A stretch of 63,994 bases of DNA, counting the filler, from Basidiobolus ranarum (taxonomy: Eukaryota), in NCBI GenBank assembly GCA_040143965.1. It is 11 parts of 11 records of this genome, joined end to end, with 100 filler letters (N's around TTAATTAATTAA, not from the genome) between each part and the next. Parts side by side here need not be neighbours in the genome. Positions count along the whole stretch, not along the records: positions 1 to 5,765 come from JASJQH010001505.1; positions 5,866 to 11,625 come from JASJQH010001506.1; 9 more parts are not named here. One strand, written 5' to 3'. Under the pieces are notes generated by a model that was given only the letters and a program-made list of their open reading frames with translations, had not been told where the DNA came from and searched no databases. The number at the start of each line of letters is the position of its first letter. The first letter of the stretch is position 1. The position numbers and the translations under genes are program-made. Below, in pieces: positions 1-11,625 of the stretch.

Positions 1-1886
1 AGTTGCTGAAAATGTCATCTTACAGACGACTGCTGTCGCTACCGCCACCATGCCTTTAGCTGGAGGTATTTTTGTCTTGAATTTAGTTTGTTTACTATCT
101 GACACCTAATGTTTAAACTAAAAAAGGCTTTGTGGGGATAATTCCTGCTCTAACATTATTGAACAAAGAAGAGGGAGGTCCTATTGTTATGAGTAGTTCA
201 CAGTTGATACTTTGGGGTTTAGGCATTGCATTTTTTGGAGTTTTTTTCGCCATTCCTCTTCGAAAGCAAACAGTATGTTACCGTATATTTCAAGCGATTT
301 AGCAATCCGGCTGAACTCTAATAATTCTTCGATGACTTATTTAGATTATCAAAGAAAAACTACGTTTTCCGTCAGGCACAGCGACAGCGCAGATGATCAG
401 TTTGCTCCATAAAAAATCCATATCGGCGGAAGAAGCAAGTTGGCAAACACAGTGGAGATGTTTGCTATATTCTTTTTTACTCTCCGGCTTCTATACTATC
501 TCAAGTTACTTTCTTCCAGTATTGTCGCAACTGCCGATCTTCGGATACTCAGCAAAAAATTGGAATTGGTTTTTGACACCTTGTATGTATTTGTGCGTGC
601 TTAATAGGACGACATCTATTTGAAAGTTGGTACTAAAGCTTGACCCTTATCGTAGCATTATCATATATGGGACAAGGAATCATCATGGGCTTACCTACGA
701 CACTAGCTATGTTAGTTGGTGCTATTGTAGGATGGGGTATTTTATCACCAATTAGCTACTACAACGGTTGGGCACCAGGTCCCATTGACGATGCCCAAAC
801 AGGGGCGCGTGGATGGATTCTCTGGATCTCTTTAGCAGTTATGATATCGGAAAGTTTGGTGAGTCTTGGAGTGATCATCGCCAAAGAGATTCAGCAGCGC
901 TGGAGAGCCTCCAGTGTATATGGCGAAGAAGCTATAAATTGTGAAGATGAGGAACCTTGCCCGCCGGAGCAACTAGTACCCTCTTGGGTGACATACAGTG
1001 GATTAAGCTTCTCTTCGATATTGTGTGTGATTGCAGTCACGATTTTGTTTGATATTCCAATATTTGCCACACTACTGTCAGTAGTGCTAGCATGTCTTTT
1101 AAGTGTTCTAGCTGTCAGAGCTTTGGGAGAAACGGATTTGAATCCTGTTAGTGGAATCGGCAAAGTCTCACAAGTGATATTCGCTGGTGTGATCCCTGGG
1201 GGAATTGCAGCAAACATCGTTGCAGGCGGCATTGCTGAGGCTGGAGCGCAACAAGCTGGTGATATGATGCAAGGTTTGCAGAGTGAAGGGTATAAACACA
1301 TTTACCATTTTGACTAACAGATTTCGCTTGTTCTTGCTATTTCCTACATTTATAAACAGACATGAAGACTGGTCACCTGCTGCATGCCTCACCTCGTGCC
1401 CAGTTCTACGGACAGTTAATAGGATCTTTTGTATCGGTGTTTGTCGCGGTTGGTGCTTATCAGTTGTATACCAGCGTATATACTATTCCCGGCCCAGTGT
1501 TCCAAGCGCCGACAGCCATGGTTTGGTTAGATATGTCCAGACTAGTCAATGGACATCCACTTCCACCTAACGTTCTTCCCTTCATCATCATCTTCGGAGT
1601 TCTCTTTTCACTTCCACCGATACTGGAAGCCAGGTACCCTCATTCCCAGCTATGGCGTTTCCTTCCTTCTGGCATTGCATTCGCTATTGGTATATACAAT
1701 CCGCCCAACTACACGCTTCCAAGAGTTATCGGAGCCCTAGTGACCGACATAGCTTGCCGCAATAATGCAAACCCCCGACTAATACAAGCCCTTTCGATTG
1801 TGGTAGCATCTGGGTTTGTTCTTGGCGAAGGGACATTTGCCATCTTGACACTTGGTTTAAAAGCTGGTCAAGTTGGATCTTCATGA
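1..1886 (+). CDS. OPT-superfamily oligopeptide/metal-chelate transporter (YSL/YGL114W-like), 5' truncated, about 5 exons
   Basis: Spliced reading gives ENVILQTTAVATATMP, FFAIPLRKQ, KLRFPSGTATA, RALGETDLNPVSGIGK and AGDMMQDMKTGHL, all OPT-family motifs. GT..AG introns at about 66-127, 273-344, 583-655 and 1274-1359; TGA at 1884-1886. Confidence 0.92.
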
Positions 1887-2197
1887 TAACGAGAGGCTTG
1901 TATTTACACTAGAGTTTCACTCTCACCAATACTGGTATTCTGTAAGATATCTAATCCTTGAACAGGTTTGTTATTCTATAAACTTATGATTAAAACTGCT
2001 GCATGAAACATGAACAATACCCCACTTTTTGAAATTTCGTTATAAATTCGTTTAAATCTTCCCAGAAACCATTCAAGTGTGACATTATATTATATGGTAC
2101 CTTATCAGAAAACTGTGGCTTACCAAGACATGTGGCTTGAAGGACCTGATCTTGGTGAAAAAAGCCGATATTTCACTCCGAGATATCCCCAAACATA

Positions 2198-2228
2198 CCC
2201 GTAACCTGTAGCCCGTAACCCGTAACCC
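2198..2228. repeat. Short tandem 7-mer array (CCCGTAA, about 4.4 units)
   Basis: Read directly as CCCGTAA CCTGTAG CCCGTAA CCCGTAA CCC. Confidence 0.8.
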
Positions 2229-2374
2229 ATACGTTTATAAATCATCCCAGTTTTCATGTAATTGTTTAAAGCCACGTTTTTCTCATCAATGATGCCTTCT
2301 CACGTGATGTAACGACTAATAACTAAATACGTACTTGTAAGATAGATTAGATTTTGACTTGGCTAACAATTGAT

Positions 2375-2910
2375 CTCTCGCATCACGAGTCAGCCCTAAG
2401 TGTGGTCAAGACCTACCTCTCTCACCTCTCCGCCCAAACTCCTCAAGATGAAATAGGCTGATAGAGGCTGGGGTAGGGCAACGGTCGGAATTGATGATGT
2501 TCTGAAACCAATCACTATAAGTGTACGATCTTTGTGCGAGAAAGGTGAGAATGGTGGTGAGAAAGGCAGAGAGAGACATGCGCACCTGTTCATCCAGTAA
2601 GATTCCCCAAAGTGGATTTCAGTTCGGACTGATTAAGATGCTGGATCTTCCACGGTTAATCTCCAATGGTATTGTATTACCTACAGATACACCGATACAC
2701 AGATTCCCATACTGGGAGCTAACTGGAACCGTACTAGAATCATACCCTCTATTTGATGACTCCTCCTTCTGCGGGCCAACCGGACCAGACTATTTGCCTC
2801 TCGGATGATTAGTGAAAGTAGAAAATTCATGGACTTTGCCCGATAAAAAGGATATTTCTGAAATACGATAATTGATCAGAAATACGATGATTAAGGGTTA
2901 TTTTCATCGG
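2375..2910 (-). ncRNA. Candidate structured non-coding RNA, family unassigned
   Basis: GC-richer intergenic block with many helices; the mismatches become G-U pairs only on the minus strand (e.g. 14-bp helix 2413-2426/2556-2569). No convincing ORF. Confidence 0.35.
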
Positions 2911-3492
2911 AACATGTTCGCATACCTTAAGGAACTATATATACATGCTATTCCATCCTATATACATACATACATGGCATTCCGTTTCTAACATATTGCC
3001 GATAAGGTTTCTGACGCATACTAGCTACCTTGCATCCTATCTTCTTGACTGCTGTTGCAATGGCTGTTGAGAAATTGTACGGAAGCTCACTCCAATCGGT
3101 GATCAACTTTTCTGTACATCATTTTCCGGTTTCGGAGTTAGAACGCTATGAACAATCACTTGAGGGGACTACCCTAGATCCACACAAGATGTAGCTTTCA
3201 AATTGATTGCAATTGTAAACGGATTATAGCAATATGACACTACTTCATGAAAACGAGGGTATAGAGTGGGTATAGGGTATGGACCATCTATTTGTCTAAT
3301 TTCTGAGATACTATAAACGTTAGCATTCCGCCTCACCCGACAAATTGTCAGCCCAGCTCAAATCCCGAAATTTTCTCTTTCTCTGTCTTGAACTGGTCAG
3401 CTTGCCTTGACGTTTGTTATTTCTTCAACAAACATCCTCTTTCAATACCTCATCTCACGGAATCCTTCGTTACCTTTATAAATTTCTGGAGA

Positions 3493-4619
3493 ATGTTCAA
3501 ACAGCCTTTTGTTACTTCCAAAATCTCTTTGAGCTCTAATGGCAAGTGTTTTCGAAAACAAAGTCGAGTTTTTACTGTTGTTCTAACCTCTTTTTTACTA
3601 ATAGATACGCAACCGTTGAACGTCGACGTTGATGTTGGTAAAGCCATTCATGGTAAGTCTTTATTCTTGAAATAAACTGAAGTATCCACAAGCTGCTCTT
3701 ATTAATACAGTTGTATATAGCTATGGATCAGCAGTATGGCACTCAATTTGAAACATGGATTCGTAATGAAAGCAATACCGACTGTGTAGTATTTTATCTT
3801 CGTAAATTTATCATAGAGTTCGAAGATAACAATCCTAGTGCTATCGCACGGGCAGTGAAATGGATAGTTCAAGGATGGAGCGTTCAGAAACTAGTCGAGC
3901 TTCTAATTAAGTTATTCTATCATTGGGGGGTTGGCCATCCAAAATTCGTCTCCTTGGTATCAGAGCTTAGTCAAGATTGGCGTATGCCACTGGTGGTTGA
4001 CTTGGTAGCTACTCTAGTTGTTGGGGAAAACTCTTGCAACACCGCAAGCTTTATTCAGCTTTTTACTCAATCATGGGAACCTTTCATGGTTATTCAGCTG
4101 TGCAGAAATATAGCTACTAGACTGCGTTGGAATGATCGGTATTGCCATCAATTTTTGCTTCGTTATGCCACATTGACCTATCCAGAAGGGCCTACGCAAC
4201 GAGTCGTACTAAACCAGATTCACAACCAGTTTGAAACACGAAATAACATGTTACATCACTATTACAACCCGTCAAAGATGGACTCTGGCTCGCTTTTCTT
4301 GTCACCAGTAGACTTTACCATGACAGTACTAGAAGTGATGGTTCGTGACTTGAAAATGTATCAAAGCAGTCACGACAAATACTCTACACTTTCTCGCACC
4401 AAAACGTATTCCCGGAGTAAACGAATAAGCACCAACAAGTGCACAAAGTCAATAGCACAGGAAAAGGAACTGACCAACTCTCAATTTGAAGAAACCCCAC
4501 AAGCTATCTCCACTCCACCTACCCCGCGTACAGCAAGCCTTCTAGAAAAATTGAGCGGCCCGTCATCGAGCAATCCCAACGACGGAATAATTTTGGGACT
4601 TCCCATGGTAGATGAATAG
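3493..4619 (+). CDS. Hypothetical protein (helical N-terminal domain, Ser/Thr-rich tail), 3 exons
   Basis: A 302-codon ORF joins in frame to upstream exons 3493-3541 and 3605-3652 through a putative GC-AG intron (3542-3604) and a GT-AG intron (3653-3720). TATA-like ctataaa at about 3311. Confidence 0.7.
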
Positions 4620-5688
4620 AAATCTAAACAAAAGATATAGAAAACGATCACCACACGTACATTCACACCTTTAGATATGACTCGCTTAAAATATTGAATT
4701 GTAGCTATTTTTATCAGGCACTTCTCCTCTTCCTTTACTTCACTTTACACCCTTCACACACACCACCAATATCTTTAAAACGACAGATACACTTGATGTA
4801 TTTAGATTATTAAGTTAAAATCCCCACTCCTTAGAAAGCTTGAGGCGTCTACTTGAAATCACATTCTCTGTATAACCAGTGATTTATCAGTTGATTCCCC
4901 TCCTTCCTTCTCTTGTAACATAAACACCTCACTCCTTCTACACACCTTACAAACCACTGATTAGAATCAATCCGATCAGGTTAGTGTGATATGAGCATAA
5001 ATCTAACTTGATTTGATCATGACCAAGCCATTGACCAAAAAAAGTCTAAATTAACAAACACATTCCCTCTGGCGGTAATATTGAATGTACGGTGCTTGCC
5101 ATGCGATAAGAGAGCAAGTAATGTAATCTTTTAAGTTTACATGTTAAATATTGCATTTGATGGGCCGCAAAAGGCAATAAGTCAATCCTACCAACCAATC
5201 TACCTACAATGTTCTAGAATTCTTCGCAAGTCCAATCAAAATCTCCCTAACAAGAATATACAAATTCGATCAAATTTCTAATGGGAAACCATTCTATTGG
5301 TCTAGCCTCGATCGACCCGGGTGAGTTTTCTCACTACTACTTCCAAATGCTGCGACGGGATGATTAATCGAAAATCAGCATGAAATGGGACTTCCAAAGA
5401 TGTTTCTCGAATATTTTTTGCAGCATTTTTACAAAATATCATTAATATGAAGAAGAATTGTTGATGAAAAGTTTCAAAATTAGGTGATCAAAGAAAGGTA
5501 AACAGAAGCATTACTATATATCTCTCAAGATAGATAATAAATCTGGAATTCCCAAAGATCAGGGGCCTACCTGCGCCCCAGCGCAATTTTTTTTTCACCA
5601 GTCCCATTCCTTTAGTTTAAAAGAGTGATGGTACGTTCTACTCAATCCTCGTCCATTTGACAGCTAATCTATCAAAGTAACCATCAAT

Positions 5689-5765
5689 ATGTCTGCCACT
5701 GATAACAAGCAACATCTTTCCATCGTCATTTGCGGTCACGTCGATTCCGGTAAGTCTACCACTAC
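5689..5765 (+). CDS. EFL: Elongation factor-like GTPase (EFL), 5' fragment cut by contig end
   Basis: MSATDNKQHLSIVICGHVDSGKSTT; HLSIVICGHVD is the EFL-type G1 region, whereas canonical EF-1alpha reads HINxVVIGHVD. Probable 5'UTR intron 5631-5663. Confidence 0.8.
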
Positions 5766-5865
5766 NNNNNNNNNNNNNNNNNNNNNNNNNNNNNNNNNNN
5801 NNNNNNNNNTTAATTAATTAANNNNNNNNNNNNNNNNNNNNNNNNNNNNNNNNNNNNNNNNNNNN
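5766..5865. other. Artificial contig spacer
   Basis: N44-TTAATTAATTAA-N44. Confidence 0.99.
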
Positions 5866-7030
5866 GAGCAAAGTTCAACAGAAAAACCACTAAGACCTTG
5901 AACTTCCCAAATGCCTACTTTGTCAATTATTGAACACCCCTCAATAGACAATTTGGAGAGAATCATTACAACAAGGGAATTTCTGACAGAGCACCATAAT
6001 GATTTGTTTGCAATCATAAGTAAAAACTACAAAGTTGCTATACAGGCCATGACTAGCAATACTGCAATTACTTAAGTGTTGTGAAGCTTCTAGTCAACAG
6101 TTAGAGAGTCACTCCACTATTGTACAAGACCTTCAGAATGATGTACTTGAGCTACAGCAATATGCTACTCCTTCTATTGGGAAAATATGGGCTGTTTGGA
6201 GGAACTTTAGAAAAGTGGAGTTGTGAATAGCTTTTGTGAGATGATTATTCATTGTCCCAAAATAAAGCTTTTATACATTTTGGTTAAAATACAAAAAACT
6301 AACACTGGGATTGTTTTCAGAACATCTGTGGGAGTAAAATGAGCTATCTTTGGGGCAATTTGGATGAGTTTGAAATTTCCAATATGGAATTACTAATTCT
6401 CACATTAATCATATATATATATAAAATATGTTCCAATTTGCAGTTAAGTGATATTTGACTAAGTAATGTTAACTAACTTATATGTGATATATGAAATGGT
6501 TAGGTGTATAAAGATAGAGATAACAAATATGATAAAGACAATAAACTTCAACACCCTCCATCCATTCCCATACAGGATTTCAATCTATGCCACACCATAA
6601 ATAGGAATGTCACCATTACATTCTAGCAGAGTAGAGTATGTGTTGGACCATTAAGCCAACACAATAACTCAAAATTGCTTAGGCACATGAAAGGGTTAAT
6701 TTCATGGGAAAACTAGCAAACCAGAAGATTCTGAAAGTTAATGCTGCTGTCACTTGCTCTGATGATCAATGGTTTAACATTTTGGAAACTGTGTGGAATT
6801 GTACCCAAAATCACCTCAATTTGAGCTAATTGTGGAAAAACCAAAGACCAGGCATTATTCAGAAGGCTTGTGACTCATTGGATGTGGCTTATCCTGGGTT
6901 TTTGCAAGCAAATGGCAATTGGGCCTGTATAGGCCTATTATTGAAACATCTCAAAAAATATATGCAATTATAGACATGGAAAAGAAAGAAAAGCTGCTAA
7001 AGTAGTCCTCAAGGAGCAAGAAGTTATTAA
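5866..7030 (+). mobile_element. Degenerate partial copy of the CACTA-like element ORF2, interrupted by a solo LTR
   Basis: Collinear similarity to about 10170-10955 on both sides of the 6175-6553 insertion; many stops. Confidence 0.8.
6175..6553. mobile_element. Solo LTR (379 bp) with 5-bp target-site duplication
   Basis: Termini TATTG...TTCAACA; flanks CCTTC (6170-6174) and CCCTC (6554-6558); absent at the homologous site near 10485. Confidence 0.75.
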
Positions 7031-7212
7031 TGTTGAAAGTTTGGTGACTTGTGGTACAAGCAGTAATTCCCAAAGGGAAAATATGGAGTATGGTGACTGC
7101 ATCTGAACACAAAGTCTAAGGCCAATCAGTTGCTTGTGTAGCTGAAATGCCAAAGTACCATACATTGACAGACTAGGTTGAGGTTCCCTAGCAATATAGG
7201 CATAGCATACAA

Positions 7213-7285
7213 GGACTGGTAGCTCAGTGGTTAGAGCACCTTGCTAGAGTGAAGAAGGTCCCAGGTTCAAATCCTGGCCAGACCA
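7213..7285 (+). pseudogene. tRNA-like sequence or tRNA pseudogene (nominal anticodon AGA, short variable loop)
   Basis: 73-nt cloverleaf: acceptor GGACTGG/CCAGACC (1 mismatch), D stem GCTC/GAGC, T arm CCAGG-TTCAAAT-CCTGG; anticodon stem CCTTG/GAAGA has 2 mismatches. Confidence 0.7.
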
Positions 7286-7439
7286 ATATTTCTCCCTAAA
7301 TAATTTCAGTAAGTAAATGTGGCATTGCTTGCATGGATTACCCCATGGCTAAAGCAATAATACTGCCTATCTTGATCCATCTCATCAAGAAGTCTGTATT
7401 GCAGCTTTCCTAGGAATACTGTCAGATTGTTACACAAAC

Positions 7440-9620
7440 AAATTAGTCCAAGTTGTGGAGTTACCTACTCTGTGTCCTTGGATTGGCTTTTGTTGCTGAT
7501 ATTGTGCTCAAACAATGCAAAAACCCATGAGCACATTGAAAAGAGCTCTTTGTTGGAAGATTCATATACTCTGTTGTCTCCTTAACCCATTGCATTATAT
7601 CCATCACCAATTTTGCTGAAAAATTTTCAATCAGATTAGCATATGGTAATACCAACAATTTCATATAGAGCATCATTTCACTGCAGGTGTGCCCCATTGG
7701 GAACTCCCAGAATATATAGCAGGGGCCTATAATCTCTGAGCATTATGGAAGATGAAGCAAGGAATGTATTTAATATCAGCATATATTCAGTCTATCCTCA
7801 TTAAACCTGTAATAAAGCTTTACAAATCCAATTACAAAATCTTTGCAAAGTCACTGTATCTGCCTGAGATCTGCCAATGTGAGTTGATGCCAGAAGAATA
7901 TATCAACAGTATCCACAAACAACTCCCAATGTTGCCAATACTCATTGGGCAGAAATGTTTTCAAGATTCCACTAGAATATATACAAATCCAATACTTCCA
8001 GTCTTTGCATTTAAATAAATGCCTAGATGAGTAGATATTGATGGGAGTCCTGGTAAGATATGTTGGTATCTTGACATTTTCAAGCATTTTCCCAGTTGAT
8101 TCAAACTTCAATCCCATTTTGAATGGCTCATCCATATTGAATTTTACACTATACAGCTGAGTTAGTAGTATTGGAATGTTGTTGAATAGTAAGTGCATAG
8201 TGCCTAATGGGAAGCTCTGGCTCCAGCCAATCCCCTTTAGCAATATAATCTTAGGCTTATGGCAAATATCAAGTTTGATGTTAGACTGACTATTTGGTGA
8301 ATTGATATTAGTGATCATGTTGAAATCTGACTGAGCTCTTGATGGTAAATTCATGGAGTTTAGTTTTGTACTTGGATAGTAGTAATCCATATTCCTGATA
8401 GAGTAAACTCCATTGATTTGATAAAATTTACTGCAAGATAGTGCATTGTGCCCACAACAACCTCCAAGTTTACTGATGGCAGGAGTGTCACCAATACATA
8501 CAATGATATTAGCTTTAATAAAATATTCACCCATCTGAACCCCATTAGATAACCGTTCAAATTCCGCAATCAAAGGCTCCAAGAAGCTAACTATAAGCAC
8601 TAGTGAAATAGGTCCAGATATGATGGATAGTATCAAAATATTATAACTCTTATACCATTTAGAATGTGGAAGATTTAACTTAATTAACATTATTGGCCAC
8701 AAGCATTTCTGACAGTACATTTGTTTAGTAAGAAACTCTCCAGAGCAAATGCAAATGCATAATCATATATGTTCTCAAAGAAACCTTGAATTTTCATATT
8801 CTGGTAGTGATATACATCAAGTATATTGTTAATACCATCAGCTTTATGGTGAGAACTTTGTTATTAGATCACTGATCTATATATTGGGTGATATCATCAA
8901 AACATTAAGAGAAGGAATCAATGGTATGTAAGCCAAATATGAATGATATTTACCTGATTCAGCAATTGCCAATTGTGTGCAAACAGTACATGACTTCAGG
9001 TTTTCAGATCACTGGTGACAGCCCAGTAACCATTTGGACATGAAGGTAGTTTAATTACTGAAGGATTATGAGTCATACAATTGACAAGTGTTTTCCACTT
9101 GTACCAGGTCTGTGGTATGCAATAGTTGCCAATCAACTGTCTTAAAAGTGTAAGAAAACTTATTATCAACTGGTTGGTAAGTTTGAATTGAACTCTCCAC
9201 TCCTTAATAATCAAAGCTGCTTTGTCTCCTGCAAGTGTGATGAGTGCACTATTGCTTGCCAATAACAAAGAGTCAGTAACAAAACCATCATCATCTTGTT
9301 CAACTTCTGATACACCACCATCAGTACTGGAATAACCAAGGTCAACATCTAGCAGTAAGTCCTCAAAGTTGTCTGGACCTACTGATCCAACCAGAGTTGC
9401 ATTTCTAACTACATCATTCTGGTCATATAACTGAGGTAACTCCACAATATCTTGACTTTTGGCAGTGTTACCAAAACTTTGAGGCTAAGTACAGACAGTG
9501 GACTCAGTGGGCATAACTAAAGTCAAGCTTGTGCACTTGTGACAGTTGATATTCACCAGGCTTTGTGCAGCAGGTGACTTTGTACAGTGACCATTCTTGT
9601 GTTTACTTTTTCATGAAGCC
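7440..9620 (-). mobile_element. Decayed CACTA/EnSpm-type (Transposase_21/Tnp2-like) transposase
   Basis: ORF pieces WPIMLIKLNLP..YK..NILILSIISGP..SFLEPLIAEF..L..GV and GDTPAISKLGG..GHNA, broken by stops and frameshifts. Confidence 0.8.
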
Positions 9621-9825
9621 TCCAGCTTTCTTAGCACAAGAATTTTTGACAATAATAGCAGGTCTTCTTTAAACACTTGTGTTGCAGCATGAGAAGGATA
9701 TGGTAGAAAAATGAACACCTCGTATGTAAGAGTGATATTTTAGGTATAGCCCATCACTAGTATCAGCTGATTCTGAGATGATGTCACAAATGAGTCATCA
9801 GGGGATTTACAAGATATTTCCAGTA

Positions 9826-11625
9826 ATGGATGGCAATTTTGGTTTTTCAAAAGCTATTTCTGAGCAATTTCATTACACCAAGTTTACCATCTGAAAATTT
9901 CAATGTCATTCAAAAAGCATGCAAAATCAAAATCAAACTGGCTTCCAAGCCAAAGCCTGCCAGCAAAAAAGGAAAAAAAGCAGCAAGAACAGAGTACTTA
10001 ATTGATGAGCAGTCTAGTGATCCACTATCCACTTTGGAAGGCATTAACATGCCAGAAACTAACTCAATTAATGATGAAGCATTAATCAATTAACCAGATG
10101 TGTTCCTTACCAGCTATAATGCAAGTGAAGAGATTTTAATCCCCCAAGTATGTAGTAAATCAATAGTTGAGCAAAGTTCACCCAAAACACTATCATGACT
10201 ATCAACTTCCAAAATGGCTGCTCTGCCCATTATTGAACACTCCTCCATAGCAAATTAGGATAGAATTGTTACTACAAGGAAATTGCAGGCAGAACACCTT
10301 TATGATTTGTAGGTAATCATTAGTAAAAACTACAAAGTTGCAATACAGGCCATGACAAGCAATAATGCCGCAATATTGCAATTAATACAGTGTTTGGAAG
10401 CAACTTGTCAACAGTTAGAGAGTCAATCAACAATGATACACAACCTTCAGAATGCTGTAGTTGAGCTACAGCAACATGCTGCTCTCTCCATCCATTCTCA
10501 TATTAGATTTCAGTCAATCTCACACCATGCACATGAACATCACCATTACAATCTAGCTGAGCAGAATATGTGTTGGACCATTAAGCCTACACAACAACCC
10601 AAAATTGCTTAGGCACATGAAAGTAGAAATCTCATAGGAAACCAGCAAACCAAAAGACTCTGAATGCCAGAGCTGCCATTGCTTGCTCTGATGATGAGTG
10701 GTTTAACATTTTGGAAATTGTGTGGAATCTTGCCCAAAATCACCTAGATTTGAGCCAATTGTGGAAAAACAAAAACCAGGCCTTACTCTGAGGTTCTTGA
10801 CTTATTTCTTGTGGCTTATCCTGGGTTTTTGCAAGCAAATGGTAAATGGGCTAGTATAGGCCTATTGATGAAACTTCTCAGAAATGTATGCAGTTATTGA
10901 CTTGGAAAAGAAAGAAAGAAGGTAAAGCAGTACTCAAGGAGCAAAAAGTTAGTAAACTCAAGGGAAAAGCAAAGGAGCCAGTGAGTTTAGGCTCTACTGT
11001 CCAACTTAGCAAATTCTTCACACCATTACAAAGATCTGCAATTCCAGAGTCAGATATACTGGCAAAAAAGCTTAATTTCACCAGGGAACCAGGTACACCA
11101 GTTGGAAGAGTGCTAACTTAAGAAGTTTATCCAACACCTGGTACCACTCAACAAGCCAAAACACCAGCAAATAAAACTCATGGCTCTCCAACCTCAATTG
11201 GTACTTTTCAAAGTGTTGAAATTAGTCCCAAAGGTAAAGGCAAGCAAAAAGCCACACAAACACCGCAAAGCACCCTTAGTAGCATCACACTACAAGGATG
11301 TACAAAAATAGTAAAAGTACTTAAGGAGTATTTTCAAAGTTATGAAGAGAAAAACACAGTGCAAGTATGCAGAAAGTGGCTTCAGTAGAAGAACATTCAA
11401 CTTGACATTCAGTCTGGTGTTGACCATGCAGATATCTGGCAAGAACTCAATACAGAGTGGCACAATATTGCAGGGTATCCACCAGATAGCTGGAAGAATG
11501 TTGATTCAGCAACATTAATACAATGGTGGGCTTTGATGAAGATATTGACACAAACTTGTGTTGGGTATGAGCTAAACCTTGGGTATGAAGAACTCTATAA
11601 AAATATTCAGGAGAATATATCAAAG
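9826..11625 (+). mobile_element. Decayed second ORF (unknown function) of the CACTA-like element
   Basis: Fragmented ORFs 9830-11625 are homologous to 59991-61545 (minus) and lie head-to-head with the transposase in both copies. Confidence 0.7.

Noticed and set aside
2521-2808. 95-aa plus-strand ORF
   Set aside because: GTG start and no recognisable motif; the region is better explained by RNA-like helices.
7246-7248. Functional recoding tRNA (AGA anticodon on a non-Ser body)
   Set aside because: Mismatches in the anticodon and acceptor stems, a non-purine-like 3' loop context and CpG erosion indicate decay, not a working tRNA.
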